DNA of 57,208 nt from a bacterium (GTDB taxonomy: Bacteria; SZUA-79; Acidulodesulfobacterales; Acidulodesulfobacteraceae), in the NCBI GenBank assembly GCA_021822625.1, contig JAKAQK010000001.1:1-57208 (forward strand), read 5' to 3'. The position numbers were made by a program, and so were the translations under genes. This document shows positions 9,460-18,869 of the stretch, in pieces (the stretch's first letter is position 1; every line of letters starts with the position of its first letter). The notes under the pieces were generated by a model. That model was given only the letters and a program-made list of their open reading frames with translations, did not search any database and was not told the DNA's origin.

Positions 9460-10218
9460 ATGAAAATACTCGTCCTCGGCAGCGGAACATCAACAGGAGT
9501 GCCTTTAATAGGTTGTAACTGCGAAGTATGTACATCTGAAAATCCAAAAAATAAAAGATTAAGACCATCTATACTGCTCACGGAAAATAATGTCAACTGT
9601 CTCATAGATACGACGCCTGACTTAAGAGCTCAGGCGTTAAAATTTAATATTCTCAAGATAGACTTGGTATTATACACCCATACGCATGCCGACCATTTAT
9701 TCGGTATTGATGATTTAAGAATGTTCAATTATATTAAAAAAGGGGCGATTCCTATATATGCGTCAGAAAAAGATATAGAAACTATAACAACAAGATTTGA
9801 TTACATTTTTAAAAAAAAGACACAATCAAGCAAACCGGATTTGATACCAAATGTTATAATCGATAATAAAATTAATTTTAAAGGCATAGATATTCAATCT
9901 ATCCCCGTTTTTCACGGCAACCAGTTAATAAACGGTTATAGAATTAAAGACTTAGCATATTTGACAGATATTTCAAAAATACCCGAAGAATCTTTTAAAT
10001 TGCTGCAAGACATAAAAGTACTTATGATTGACGCTCTCAGATATAACGAACATCCTACACATTTGACCGTAGCTAAAGCTATTGAAATATCAAATATACT
10101 AAAGCCGAAGTTTACTTACCTGATGCATATGGGGCATAAAATTGAATACGAAAAACTGTCCGCCAGCCTGCCGCCAAATATTTTTCCGTCTTATGACGGT
10201 CTTACGTTTGAGATTTAG
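9460..10218 (+). CDS. MBL-fold metallo-hydrolase (PhnP-like phosphodiesterase family)
   Basis: It has the HTHADH metal motif, an N-terminal GSGTSTGVP and a CNCEVC cluster. 252 aa. Confidence 0.8.
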   Translation: MKILVLGSGTSTGVPLIGCNCEVCTSENPKNKRLRPSILLTENNVNCLIDTTPDLRAQALKFNILKIDLVLYTHTHADHLFGIDDLRMFNYIKKGAIPIYASEKDIETITTRFDYIFKKKTQSSKPDLIPNVIIDNKINFKGIDIQSIPVFHGNQLINGYRIKDLAYLTDISKIPEESFKLLQDIKVLMIDALRYNEHPTHLTVAKAIEISNILKPKFTYLMHMGHKIEYEKLSASLPPNIFPSYDGLTFEI

Positions 10219-11161
10219 TCTGCGCAGCGTTTAGGTCATATAAAAATTTTAAACCTTTTATCGTCCATAAACCGTCAATTATTTTTAAGCCTTTCATTCT
10301 GCATTGAGCCGCGATAATACCGGACAATCCTCCGGTAAAAATAACTTTACACCCCGTTTTGTCATATTGCTTCTGAATTTCTTTTATAAAACCTTCTATC
10401 AGAAATATAGTGCCGTATAATAAGCCAGACTTTATTGCTTTAATTGTATTATCGCCTATTAATTGTATGGTATTGCCGCTATCAACATCGGTTTCGTTAT
10501 CGCCGTCGTAATTATCATTATAATTTTCATTATTATTTTCGCTGAAACCGTTATTAACATTTTTATTTTCGCCGTTCGCGTTCAGTATGGCGTTTTGTTT
10601 ACTGCGGTTTAATTCATTTATATTTATCAGCGGAAGCAATGCTGTTTTCTCATTAAGACACGCGGCAAGGGTTTTTATTCCGGGAAATATAACGCCCCCT
10701 TTAAAATTTCCGACTGCATCGACGATATCAATTTTTAATGCTGTTCCTATATCAACTATTATTTGAAACTCTTTACTTAAATGATATGCGTAGCTTGCAT
10801 TGACAATGCGGTCTGCACCTAATTTCTCAGGATTTTCGACTATTAGATTAATACCCGTTTTTGAAAGCGAAGAAATAAAAATTGCATGACAATTTAACAG
10901 ACTGCAAAACGATTTATAAAATTTATTTTGGGACGGAACTACCGAGGATATGCAAATATGTTCTATACCGCTTAAACTGATGCCGTCGTTAAAAAACAAT
11001 CTGCTTAGCGCGTTGAAAATATCCCGTTCGGAACATATTTCAGAAGTCAAAATCCTATACGTCTTAAATATGTCTTTCTCTTCATCGTCATAATTGCCGC
11101 TAGAATTATTATAAACGCCGAGTACCGTATTTGTATTGCCGATATCGCAGGATAAAAACAT
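10202..11161 (-). CDS. coaX: Type III pantothenate kinase (CoaX) with a ~40 aa Asn/Asp-rich insertion
   Basis: It has an N-terminal DIGNTNTVLGVY, plus GADRIVNA, DIGTA and FTGG motifs. The 319 aa length exceeds that of typical CoaX proteins. The 3' end overlaps the convergent MBL gene by 17 nt. Confidence 0.85.
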   Translation of the reverse strand: MFLSCDIGNTNTVLGVYNNSSGNYDDEEKDIFKTYRILTSEICSERDIFNALSRLFFNDGISLSGIEHICISSVVPSQNKFYKSFCSLLNCHAIFISSLSKTGINLIVENPEKLGADRIVNASYAYHLSKEFQIIVDIGTALKIDIVDAVGNFKGGVIFPGIKTLAACLNEKTALLPLININELNRSKQNAILNANGENKNVNNGFSENNNENYNDNYDGDNETDVDSGNTIQLIGDNTIKAIKSGLLYGTIFLIEGFIKEIQKQYDKTGCKVIFTGGLSGIIAAQCRMKGLKIIDGLWTIKGLKFLYDLNAAQTKSQT

Positions 11162-11374
11162 AATATATTAAAAAACTATCAGACTATTATTTATTGGACT
11201 ATTAAGACTTATTAAATAAATTAAGAAATAAATTATTAAACAAATTATGCGCTTATATCTTATATAATATATATTATTAATATTTCATTATGCGTGACAA
11301 GATATAATAATTAAATAATTATACAAGATAAAACAGCTGAAAAAGTCTAAACGCTTCAGGCAATTTTCAATATT

Positions 11375-11407
11375 AAACCTGCAATAAACCTGCAATAAAC
11401 CTGCAAT
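11375..11407. repeat. 11-bp tandem repeat x3 (AAACCTGCAAT)
   Basis: Three perfect copies lie just downstream of the birA stop, in the birA-coaX spacer. Confidence 0.9.
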
Positions 11408-11435
11408 AATATATTTATTATAAATTATTAATAAG

Positions 11436-12275
11436 TTATAATAAGACGGTCAACTCGCCGGAAACTACTTTTTCCAATTCATTTTCTCCAGTCTTTAACA
11501 ATAATGCTCCTTTAGAATCTATGCCGACAACCTGACCTTTAATCTTGTGATTTTCACTATTTATTTCCACATCTTTTCCTATCATTCCAAAATATTTTTG
11601 ATAAGTTTGCAATATTGACGATAAACCGGTAGATAGGAATGTTTCATAATATTTCTCAAATTTATTAAGAAAACTTATGATCAGATTATTTCTGTTTATA
11701 AACAGGCCGTTTCCGTTTACTTGTCCAAGCTCATTTTTTCTTTCGATATATAAGGACGTAGCTATATTTTTTATATCTTCATAAATATCTTCTTCTTTGA
11801 GATTAACATTAATACCTATTCCTACAATAATATATTCTATAATATTGTTTTGAGTGCTCATTTCCGTCAAAATTCCAGAGACCTTTTTTGAATTTACTAA
11901 AATATCGTTAGGCCATTTAATTTGCGGCGTAATAGAGGAAATTTCTTTGATAGATTCCGCAGCCGCCGTTGCCGCCAAAATAGTCACGCCGTTAGCAGTT
12001 TCAGGGCTAAACTTGGGTTTTAATATAATGGACAGATATATATTGCATGCCTTAGGCGACGTCCATATTTTTCCGTTTCTGCCTTTGCCTTTATCCTGTG
12101 TATCGGCAATAACCACAGTACCGTTCTTAGCGCCTTTAACGGCAAGCTCCCTCGCCATTAAGTTCGTAGAACCTACTTTTTCTTCGTAAAATATATTTCT
12201 TCCTATAAAATTTGTTTTAAGATATTTTTTTATCTCAAAAATATCAATATAATCTAACTCATTAATGGTATTCAT
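11436..12275 (-). CDS. birA: Biotin--[acetyl-CoA-carboxylase] ligase
   Basis: It has the GKGRNGKIWTSP motif (GRGRxGRxW type), KWPNDIL and a C-terminal SH3-like tail. It appears to lack a full N-terminal HTH domain. Confidence 0.85.
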   Translation of the reverse strand: MNTINELDYIDIFEIKKYLKTNFIGRNIFYEEKVGSTNLMARELAVKGAKNGTVVIADTQDKGKGRNGKIWTSPKACNIYLSIILKPKFSPETANGVTILAATAAAESIKEISSITPQIKWPNDILVNSKKVSGILTEMSTQNNIIEYIIVGIGINVNLKEEDIYEDIKNIATSLYIERKNELGQVNGNGLFINRNNLIISFLNKFEKYYETFLSTGLSSILQTYQKYFGMIGKDVEINSENHKIKGQVVGIDSKGALLLKTGENELEKVVSGELTVLL

Positions 12276-12327
12276 ATGTTAAATTATCCTCCGCGATTAA
12301 GTTAAAATTTAAAGGGATCATACAACA

Positions 12328-13176
12328 TTATACAAAATTTAAAGAATAATCAATCGGCTTGACGGCATTAGTCAGGGAACCCATAGAAATAAAATCGACT
12401 TTAGTTTCCTCGGCTATTTTTCTTAAATTTTTTATAGTAACATTTCCGGAGGCTTCCGTAACGGCATCTTTGCCGATAATTTTCACAGCCTTTTGCATTT
12501 CTGCGATACTCATATTATCAAGCATTATGATATCGGCACGTCCTTCTAATGCTTCGGCGACCTGCTCTATTGAACTTACTTCAATTTCTATTTTCTGATT
12601 AAATCCGGCGTTATAGCTTCTCACCATTTCTAATGCCTGCTTAATTCCGCCGGCAAGCTTTATGTGGTTATCTTTGATTAAAATACCGGACGACAGATTA
12701 AACCTGTGATTGTTCGCTCCGCCGACATTTACGGCATATTTTTGAATAGCGCGCAATCCGGGAAGCGTTTTTCTCGTATCAAGAACTTTTGTTTTTAAAC
12801 CTGAAAGCTCGTTCGCCGCAAGATTAGACGCCGTCGCAATTCCTGAAAGGAATTGAAGAAAATTAAGCGCAGTCCTCTCGCCGTATAAAATAACATCGGA
12901 TTTGGATTTAATAGAAATAATTTTTTGAAATTTTGTTATTTTTTCACCTTCTTCGGCAAAATAAGCAATTTCAAAATTATTTTTGTCTAACATATCAAAA
13001 ACTAATGAAAAAATGGTTAAACCGCAAACAACGCCGTTTTCCTTTGTTATTACCTCACATTCAATCTGTGGATTACATTTGCTCGCAATAGCGTCCGTAG
13101 TAATGTCAGAACCTTTTATGTCTTCGGCTAATGCATTAGAAACTAAAGAAATTACCTGCTCGTCAAATATTTTCAT
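12328..13176 (-). CDS. nadC: Nicotinate-nucleotide pyrophosphorylase (quinolinate phosphoribosyltransferase)
   Basis: 282 aa with typical NadC blocks (ERTALNFLQ, DTRKT.PGLR, KYAV..GG..NHR, LDNM). Confidence 0.9.
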   Translation of the reverse strand: MKIFDEQVISLVSNALAEDIKGSDITTDAIASKCNPQIECEVITKENGVVCGLTIFSLVFDMLDKNNFEIAYFAEEGEKITKFQKIISIKSKSDVILYGERTALNFLQFLSGIATASNLAANELSGLKTKVLDTRKTLPGLRAIQKYAVNVGGANNHRFNLSSGILIKDNHIKLAGGIKQALEMVRSYNAGFNQKIEIEVSSIEQVAEALEGRADIIMLDNMSIAEMQKAVKIIGKDAVTEASGNVTIKNLRKIAEETKVDFISMGSLTNAVKPIDYSLNFV

Positions 13177-15019
13177 TTTTAATTCTGTCGATTTCTTCTT
13201 TTATTAATTTTTCTGCAATATCAGGCAATATTTTTTTAATATTTTCAACTATCTCAGGCTGTATATCAGTTATTATATCATTTATTGATTTTTTTATATA
13301 CTCATTTATTTTGCCGATAACTTCATCATTTATAAACTCCAATTTTACGTTACCTCCTCGACTAACTGCATTATTATTATCATTGTTAATATTATATAAA
13401 GAAATTTGCGCATCGTTCGTATTTTCCAATTCCGGTATTTCAATCAAGTTCAAATAATTCTGCTCGGCAGGAACTTCATAATCATTTTGTAAAGCGTTAG
13501 CATTATCATTATAATCTGTTTTATTTACGCCGCTGCCATCTGCAGTAGCGTCACGGTAATTTTCGCTGCCGCCGTTAACGGCGGCGCTGCCGGTTATAAC
13601 CGTATTTTGCGCCTGTTCTGTAAAGACATAATTGTCATTAGAATTATCGGCGTTGCCGCTATTATCGTTATTATTCTCAACAAAATCGGCAATATCTCCG
13701 CTTTCATCGCGGTTAGATTCCTCAATATCGTAAATATCAGGCATATTTATGCTAAATCCTGTTTCTTCAGGTTTTTCCGTCTCCGGTTCAACAATATCTA
13801 ATTCACCGGTACCGTCTGCTGTTATACTTTCTGTATTATTATTTGTGAAATTTAAACTGCGGCGGATATTATCGCCGTCGCCAATGTCATCATTTATAAT
13901 AATTTTAGACATATACTCGTTAATTTTGTTTTCATCATTGTTAAAATTTTCTGATTTGGTCGCAGGAGCATCGGCATGTAAGGCGCTATTAGCTTGTCTC
14001 ATATTACCGTTTAATATTTCCCGTCCTTCGTCATTATTATCATTATCGACCTGTTCTATTTTAATATTTTTAACGCTTTCCAGTTCGTAAGGGACAACCT
14101 CCGATATGCCTATCTCGTCTGCAATACTGCTATTGCAGGATATATCGCTGCTTGCGGCGCCAAGGCTTTCCGAACCGGTTAGCGTGTCGCTGCTTGCGTT
14201 TGCGGGCGTAGATTGCGTAATATTAATAAAGTTGCTATCCGTAATATCTGTTTTTGACGTATTGACTACTGTACCGGTATGGCTGTTTTGGTCAGAAACA
14301 GCATCGGAGATTTTATTGTAATCATTATTAATATCAGCTGCTGCATTTTTATGAACATTATTTTTTTCATTTTCTTTATCTAATTTTTGAAATTCTTTAA
14401 AAATTTTATCATCTTTAAAAAGATTCTCAAACGCTTCGCTTAATTCTGCGGAATCCTGCTCCTGTTCGGAATCTGAATCGGAATTTGACGGAATATTATC
14501 GTTTTTTGCGATATTTTCCGCGAGATTATCTTCCGATTGTTCGACCGCAATATTTTGAATATTTTGATGTTGAGTATTTTCAACTTTTTCATGTTTTTTC
14601 TCAAATTCTGCAATATCATAAATTTTATCTTCATCAATATTTAAACCTAAAGACCTCTTTATTTTATTAATAAAGGTTTCTTTATCAAAAGGTCTGTATA
14701 TAAATCCTGTTAAACCCGCTTCAACAAACAATTCCCGTTCTTTATTAGGCAGATCGGACGGCGCAGCCAGCAAAACAGGAATATTGGAATACAACCTATT
14801 ATTTTTAATCTCTTTTATTATATTATAGCTGCTTGCATTGCTTATATTATAATTAATAATAATAATGGACGGAAGACTATTGTTAAGAATTGCCGTTGTT
14901 GAAGAACCGTCATAGAGGGGAACTATTTTAAATTCTGAATTATTTAAAAAAATCATAGATACGGTTTTTTGCATTGCATCGCTGTCATCAACGTACAATA
15001 CTTCGTAAGGCATCGGCAT
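13163..15019 (-). CDS. Pseudo-receiver domain protein with a long Asn/Asp/Ser-rich disordered region and a conserved-looking helical C-terminus
   Basis: The N-terminal ~120 aa align to the CheY fold (VLYVDDSD..., PVLLAAPS, GFIYRPF). The phospho-acceptor Asp position reads Asn (IIIINYNIS). About 430 aa of low complexity follow. The last ~55 aa are ...IQPEIVENIKKILPDIAEKLIKEEIDRIKNENI. A strong SD (AAGGAGGAG) precedes the ATG, and the stop overlaps the nadC start by 14 nt. Confidence 0.8.
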   Translation of the reverse strand: MPMPYEVLYVDDSDAMQKTVSMIFLNNSEFKIVPLYDGSSTTAILNNSLPSIIIINYNISNASSYNIIKEIKNNRLYSNIPVLLAAPSDLPNKERELFVEAGLTGFIYRPFDKETFINKIKRSLGLNIDEDKIYDIAEFEKKHEKVENTQHQNIQNIAVEQSEDNLAENIAKNDNIPSNSDSDSEQEQDSAELSEAFENLFKDDKIFKEFQKLDKENEKNNVHKNAAADINNDYNKISDAVSDQNSHTGTVVNTSKTDITDSNFINITQSTPANASSDTLTGSESLGAASSDISCNSSIADEIGISEVVPYELESVKNIKIEQVDNDNNDEGREILNGNMRQANSALHADAPATKSENFNNDENKINEYMSKIIINDDIGDGDNIRRSLNFTNNNTESITADGTGELDIVEPETEKPEETGFSINMPDIYDIEESNRDESGDIADFVENNNDNSGNADNSNDNYVFTEQAQNTVITGSAAVNGGSENYRDATADGSGVNKTDYNDNANALQNDYEVPAEQNYLNLIEIPELENTNDAQISLYNINNDNNNAVSRGGNVKLEFINDEVIGKINEYIKKSINDIITDIQPEIVENIKKILPDIAEKLIKEEIDRIKNENI

Positions 15020-15275
15020 AACAACTCCTCCTTAAAAATCAAAGCTTTAAATTAAAGCGTAATTTTGGTATAATCGTAAAATTGACTGTTGTATGAAGCA
15101 ATAGTTTTTATTAATTTATAATCATAATTTTAATATTATTATTATAAGTAGTCAATAATTTATTATTATATACTAAAATTAATTAATTTAATTTTTATTA
15201 TAATAATCTTAAATAGAACGGCTAATTTAATCAATTATCTTTTTAACATGCGGGTATATATATTATATATAAATT

Positions 15276-16367
15276 ATGTCTTTAATAAACAGATACATAT
15301 TTAAACAATTTTTCCCGCCTTTTATTTTCGGACTTATTATATTTACTTTCAGCATAATTACCAACAGAATTTTAATGCTGACGGAAATGGTAATCAATAA
15401 AGGCGTCAGCATTACTTCCGTCGTAAAATTAGCCAGCCTGACGCTGCCTGATTTTATGATAATAACGCTGCCTATTTCATTTTTGCTCGCAGTTTTAGTA
15501 GTATTCGGCAAAATGACCCAGTCAAATGAAATAATGGCGCTGAAGGCTTCCGGCGTCAATATATGGCAATTAACAAAGCCTGCCCTGCTATTTTCTTTAA
15601 TACCGCTAATTGCTTCACTTTTTTTTTCTTTTTATATGGCTCCGAGATTTAATTATTTCTTTAGGGTGTTGGCTGTTAAGGAAATAAAAAAAGCGGTGCT
15701 TTCCGCATTAAAAAAAAATTCATTTTCTAATAAATTAGGTAAATATAAAATATTTATAAAGCATGTAAGTCCTTCAAAATCTTCAATTAAAGGTATTTTT
15801 ATATTATATAAGATTAAAAATAACTCTATGGTTTTAATAGCTAACAAGGGAGATATTGTTTACAATAAAAAAAGAAATTTAATTTCTTTTTATTTAAAAG
15901 ATGGACAGATTCAAAAAAAATATAGATCTAAAAAAAATTTCTGGATACTAAATTTTAAAACTTATAAAATAAACATCAAACTAAAAGGGCTTTCGTTCCC
16001 TTCCAAAAATAATTCAGTGCATTTTATGACTATCTCACAGCTAATTTACAAATATGATTCTGCAAGCAATAAAAATCATATTAAAAATATTTATTTAATA
16101 TATATACTTAAAAAAATTGCGATACCTATTGCGGTAATTTTTTTCGTGTTTATCGGCTTGCCCCTGGCTATGCTGTCGGAGAAAAGGAGCTTATTTATGG
16201 CTATATTTTATACTATAGCAATTGTCGTTATATATTACATTTTATTTACTTCAGGATTGTATCTGTCAATTAAAACAGGTTTTAATCCGATTATAGGAGT
16301 TTTTGGGGCAGATATAATTCTATTTGCAACGGGCGCTATATTATATATAAAGGCATCGGCAAAATGA
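15276..16367 (+). CDS. lptF: LPS export ABC permease LptF (YjgP/YjgQ family)
   Basis: 363 aa with six-TM YjgP/YjgQ architecture and a periplasmic beta-jellyroll insert. It overlaps the second paralog by 4 nt. Confidence 0.8.
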   Translation: MSLINRYIFKQFFPPFIFGLIIFTFSIITNRILMLTEMVINKGVSITSVVKLASLTLPDFMIITLPISFLLAVLVVFGKMTQSNEIMALKASGVNIWQLTKPALLFSLIPLIASLFFSFYMAPRFNYFFRVLAVKEIKKAVLSALKKNSFSNKLGKYKIFIKHVSPSKSSIKGIFILYKIKNNSMVLIANKGDIVYNKKRNLISFYLKDGQIQKKYRSKKNFWILNFKTYKINIKLKGLSFPSKNNSVHFMTISQLIYKYDSASNKNHIKNIYLIYILKKIAIPIAVIFFVFIGLPLAMLSEKRSLFMAIFYTIAIVVIYYILFTSGLYLSIKTGFNPIIGVFGADIILFATGAILYIKASAK

Positions 16368-17461
16368 AAATACTAAGAAATTATCTGCTTAAAGAATTTT
16401 TTAAGGTATTATCTATCTCAATAATCTCTTTGTCCTCTTTCTATATAATTGTTGATTTTATATCTAATGTTGGCGCATTTACAAAACATTCTCCTAATTT
16501 CAGCTATATTATTCTTTATTTCATTCTAAAACTGCCCGAGATAATATATAGGATTTTGCCTTTATCAATTTTATTATCGACAATGCTGATAATAATCTCA
16601 TTTAATAAAAATAATGAAATTACCGCTATAAAGTCTTCCGGCATAAGTATGCTGAAATTTACATTTCCGCTAATAATAACTGCATTGGGACTGTCAATTT
16701 TTTCTTTTGTGCTCTCAAATTTTATAGCGGTAAAAACAAATATCGAAAGAAGAATAGTTATGCAAAAATATATAAACAAAAATAATAACTACAGCGTAAA
16801 ATCAATATATAAATTTAAAACTAAGGATATAGCTATACATTACCAAAAATATATCATAACTGCAAAAGTTTTAAATATTTCTGAAAAAGAATTAATGGGG
16901 TTGAGCGTATATAAATTTAACAATAAATTTAAACTTATTAAAAGATATAGCGCCAAAAACGGATACTTCGTTCACAACAAATTAATAATGGACGATGTGA
17001 TAATAAATAATTTTAATAAAAATCAGCATTACCCATCGTTTGCTAAAATTGTTAAAACAACGAGTCTTCCTATAAAACTCAGCATTAATTTTTTCAAATC
17101 ATACGACTTAAAATCGGAATTTTTATCAATATTTAATCTTTTTAAGATGTTAAAGGTTGCGAACAAAACAGACTCAAATTTAAATCTAATAAAAACGTTT
17201 ATGTATTCAAAATTTGCGTTTCCTTTAATAAATTTAATGCTGGTTCTTATCGGAATATCTATAGGTATAATTATAGGCAAAAAATCCGGCACTTCCGCCG
17301 CTATCGGTATCAGCATTATTTTAGCATTTGGTTACTGGATAATAAATTCAATTGCGGTATCTTTAGGAATGAGTTCACAGCTAAATCCTATCTTAGCGGC
17401 ATTTATGGCAGATTTGTCTTTCCTATTTATTGCAATATACCTTATCTCAGATCTGGATTAA
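16364..17461 (+). CDS. lptG: LPS export ABC permease LptG (YjgP/YjgQ family)
   Basis: 365 aa, a paralog of the preceding gene, translationally coupled through an ATGA overlap. Confidence 0.8.
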   Translation: MKILRNYLLKEFFKVLSISIISLSSFYIIVDFISNVGAFTKHSPNFSYIILYFILKLPEIIYRILPLSILLSTMLIIISFNKNNEITAIKSSGISMLKFTFPLIITALGLSIFSFVLSNFIAVKTNIERRIVMQKYINKNNNYSVKSIYKFKTKDIAIHYQKYIITAKVLNISEKELMGLSVYKFNNKFKLIKRYSAKNGYFVHNKLIMDDVIINNFNKNQHYPSFAKIVKTTSLPIKLSINFFKSYDLKSEFLSIFNLFKMLKVANKTDSNLNLIKTFMYSKFAFPLINLMLVLIGISIGIIIGKKSGTSAAIGISIILAFGYWIINSIAVSLGMSSQLNPILAAFMADLSFLFIAIYLISDLD

Positions 17462-17490
17462 TACAATTTTTTTATCAAATAAATCATTAA

Positions 17491-17524
17491 CGCGGCGGGA
17501 TGCAATAATATGTATCCTGCCGCG
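17491..17524. terminator. GC-rich hairpin between convergent lptG and ahcY (possible bidirectional terminator)
   Basis: CGCGGCGGGAT - 12 nt loop - ATCCTGCCGCG forms an 11-bp stem with one G-U pair. Flanking T runs are weak. Confidence 0.45.
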
Positions 17525-17574
17525 ATGCTATATATAGTAAGAAAATAGATTAAATACGCTTTCTACAACAGTTT

Positions 17575-18825
17575 TTATGTTCCTTCCTGCCATGAGCGTA
17601 AATATTTGACCTGCTCTTCCGTGAGAACATCGATATCTATTCCTAAGGATTTAAGTTTCAGAAATGCTATTCTTTCATCTATTTCTCTCGGCACGCCATA
17701 AACCTTAGGCAGCATGTCGCTGCTGTATAAAGCAAATTCTGCAGAAAGCGCCTGAACTGAGAAGCTCATATCCATAACGCTTGCAGGATGACCATGCGCA
17801 CTGGCAAGGTTAATAAGCCTGCCTTCAGCAAGAACATATAATTTTCTGCCGTCTTTCATAGTGAATTCTTCAACATAATCCTTAATATTCTTTACAGACT
17901 TTGACATTTTCCTTAATTTTTTAATATTAATTTCAACATCGAAATGTCCGGAATTTGAAACAACTGCCCCATCTTTCATAACTTCAAAATGATGCTCGTC
18001 TATAACATTTATATCGCCGGTAACCGTGCAGAAAAAATCCCCTATTTTTGCGGCTTCGACAATCGGCATTACTCTGAAACCTTCCATGACGGCTTCTAAC
18101 GCTTTAATAGGGTCGACTTCCGTAACTATAACGTTAGAGCCTATCCCTCTTGCTCTCATCGCAAGCCCTTTTCCGCACCATCCGTATCCGCAGACTACAA
18201 AATTTCTGCCGGCAAGAAGCATATCGGTAGCTCTTATAATACCGTCAATAGTAGATTGTCCTGTTCCGTATCTGTTATCAAACAAATGTTTTGTATCGGC
18301 ATCATTAACGGCAATCACCGGAATTTTTAATTCACCGGCGGTTTCCATAGAGCGCAGTCTTATCACGCCGGTAGTAGTCTCTTCCATTGAAGCTTTAATA
18401 TTTTTTATTAAATTTTTATGCTTTTTATGTATTGTAGATATTAAATCTGCACCGTCATCTAATGTAAAATTCGGTTCATATTTTAATACGCTTTCTATGT
18501 GATCATAATAAGTTTCGGAATCTTCTCCCTTTATGGCATAAACGTCTATTCCAAAATCTTTGACTAATGAAGCCGCAATATCATCCTGAGTCGAAAGCGG
18601 ATTTGACGCACACAATATCACTTCTGCTCCGCCTTCTTTAAGAGTTCTGGCAAGATTGGCAGTCTCAGCCGTTACATGAAGACACAACCCTGCTTTTTTA
18701 CCTTTGAAAGGTTTTTTTTCAGCAAATTGCTCTTTTACAATAGACAAAACCGGCATATCATGCTCTGCCCACAATATTCTTTCTTTACCATGTTTTGCAA
18801 GTTTTATATCCTTTATATCAGCCAA
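17575..18825 (-). CDS. ahcY: Adenosylhomocysteinase
   Basis: 416 aa with canonical SAHH blocks ([25 protein letters not shown]-binding). It uses a TTG start preceded by the SD AAGGGGGG. Confidence 0.95.
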   Translation of the reverse strand: MADIKDIKLAKHGKERILWAEHDMPVLSIVKEQFAEKKPFKGKKAGLCLHVTAETANLARTLKEGGAEVILCASNPLSTQDDIAASLVKDFGIDVYAIKGEDSETYYDHIESVLKYEPNFTLDDGADLISTIHKKHKNLIKNIKASMEETTTGVIRLRSMETAGELKIPVIAVNDADTKHLFDNRYGTGQSTIDGIIRATDMLLAGRNFVVCGYGWCGKGLAMRARGIGSNVIVTEVDPIKALEAVMEGFRVMPIVEAAKIGDFFCTVTGDINVIDEHHFEVMKDGAVVSNSGHFDVEINIKKLRKMSKSVKNIKDYVEEFTMKDGRKLYVLAEGRLINLASAHGHPASVMDMSFSVQALSAEFALYSSDMLPKVYGVPREIDERIAFLKLKSLGIDIDVLTEEQVKYLRSWQEGT

Positions 18826-18869
18826 AACACAACCCCCCTTAAATTTTAGTATTTGTAATTAAAGCGATT

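Noticed and set aside
9387-9605. 72-aa minus-strand ORF overlapping the MBL hydrolase start, and the 66-aa ORF at 2400..2600 inside amtB.
   Set aside because: Both overlap strongly supported genes in another frame. Neither has an SD, and both have an implausible composition.
18026-18502. Long plus-strand ORFs lying antisense to conserved minus-strand genes. Examples are 158 aa in ahcY, 155 aa at 45347..45814 in argB, 140 aa at 26504..26926 in kdsD, 133 aa at 52505..52906 in ClC and 113 aa at 13749..14090.
   Set aside because: Each lies entirely inside a well-supported gene on the opposite strand. Each has a low-complexity I/L/F/S-rich composition typical of the antisense frame of AT-rich coding DNA. 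None has an SD or any recognisable motif.
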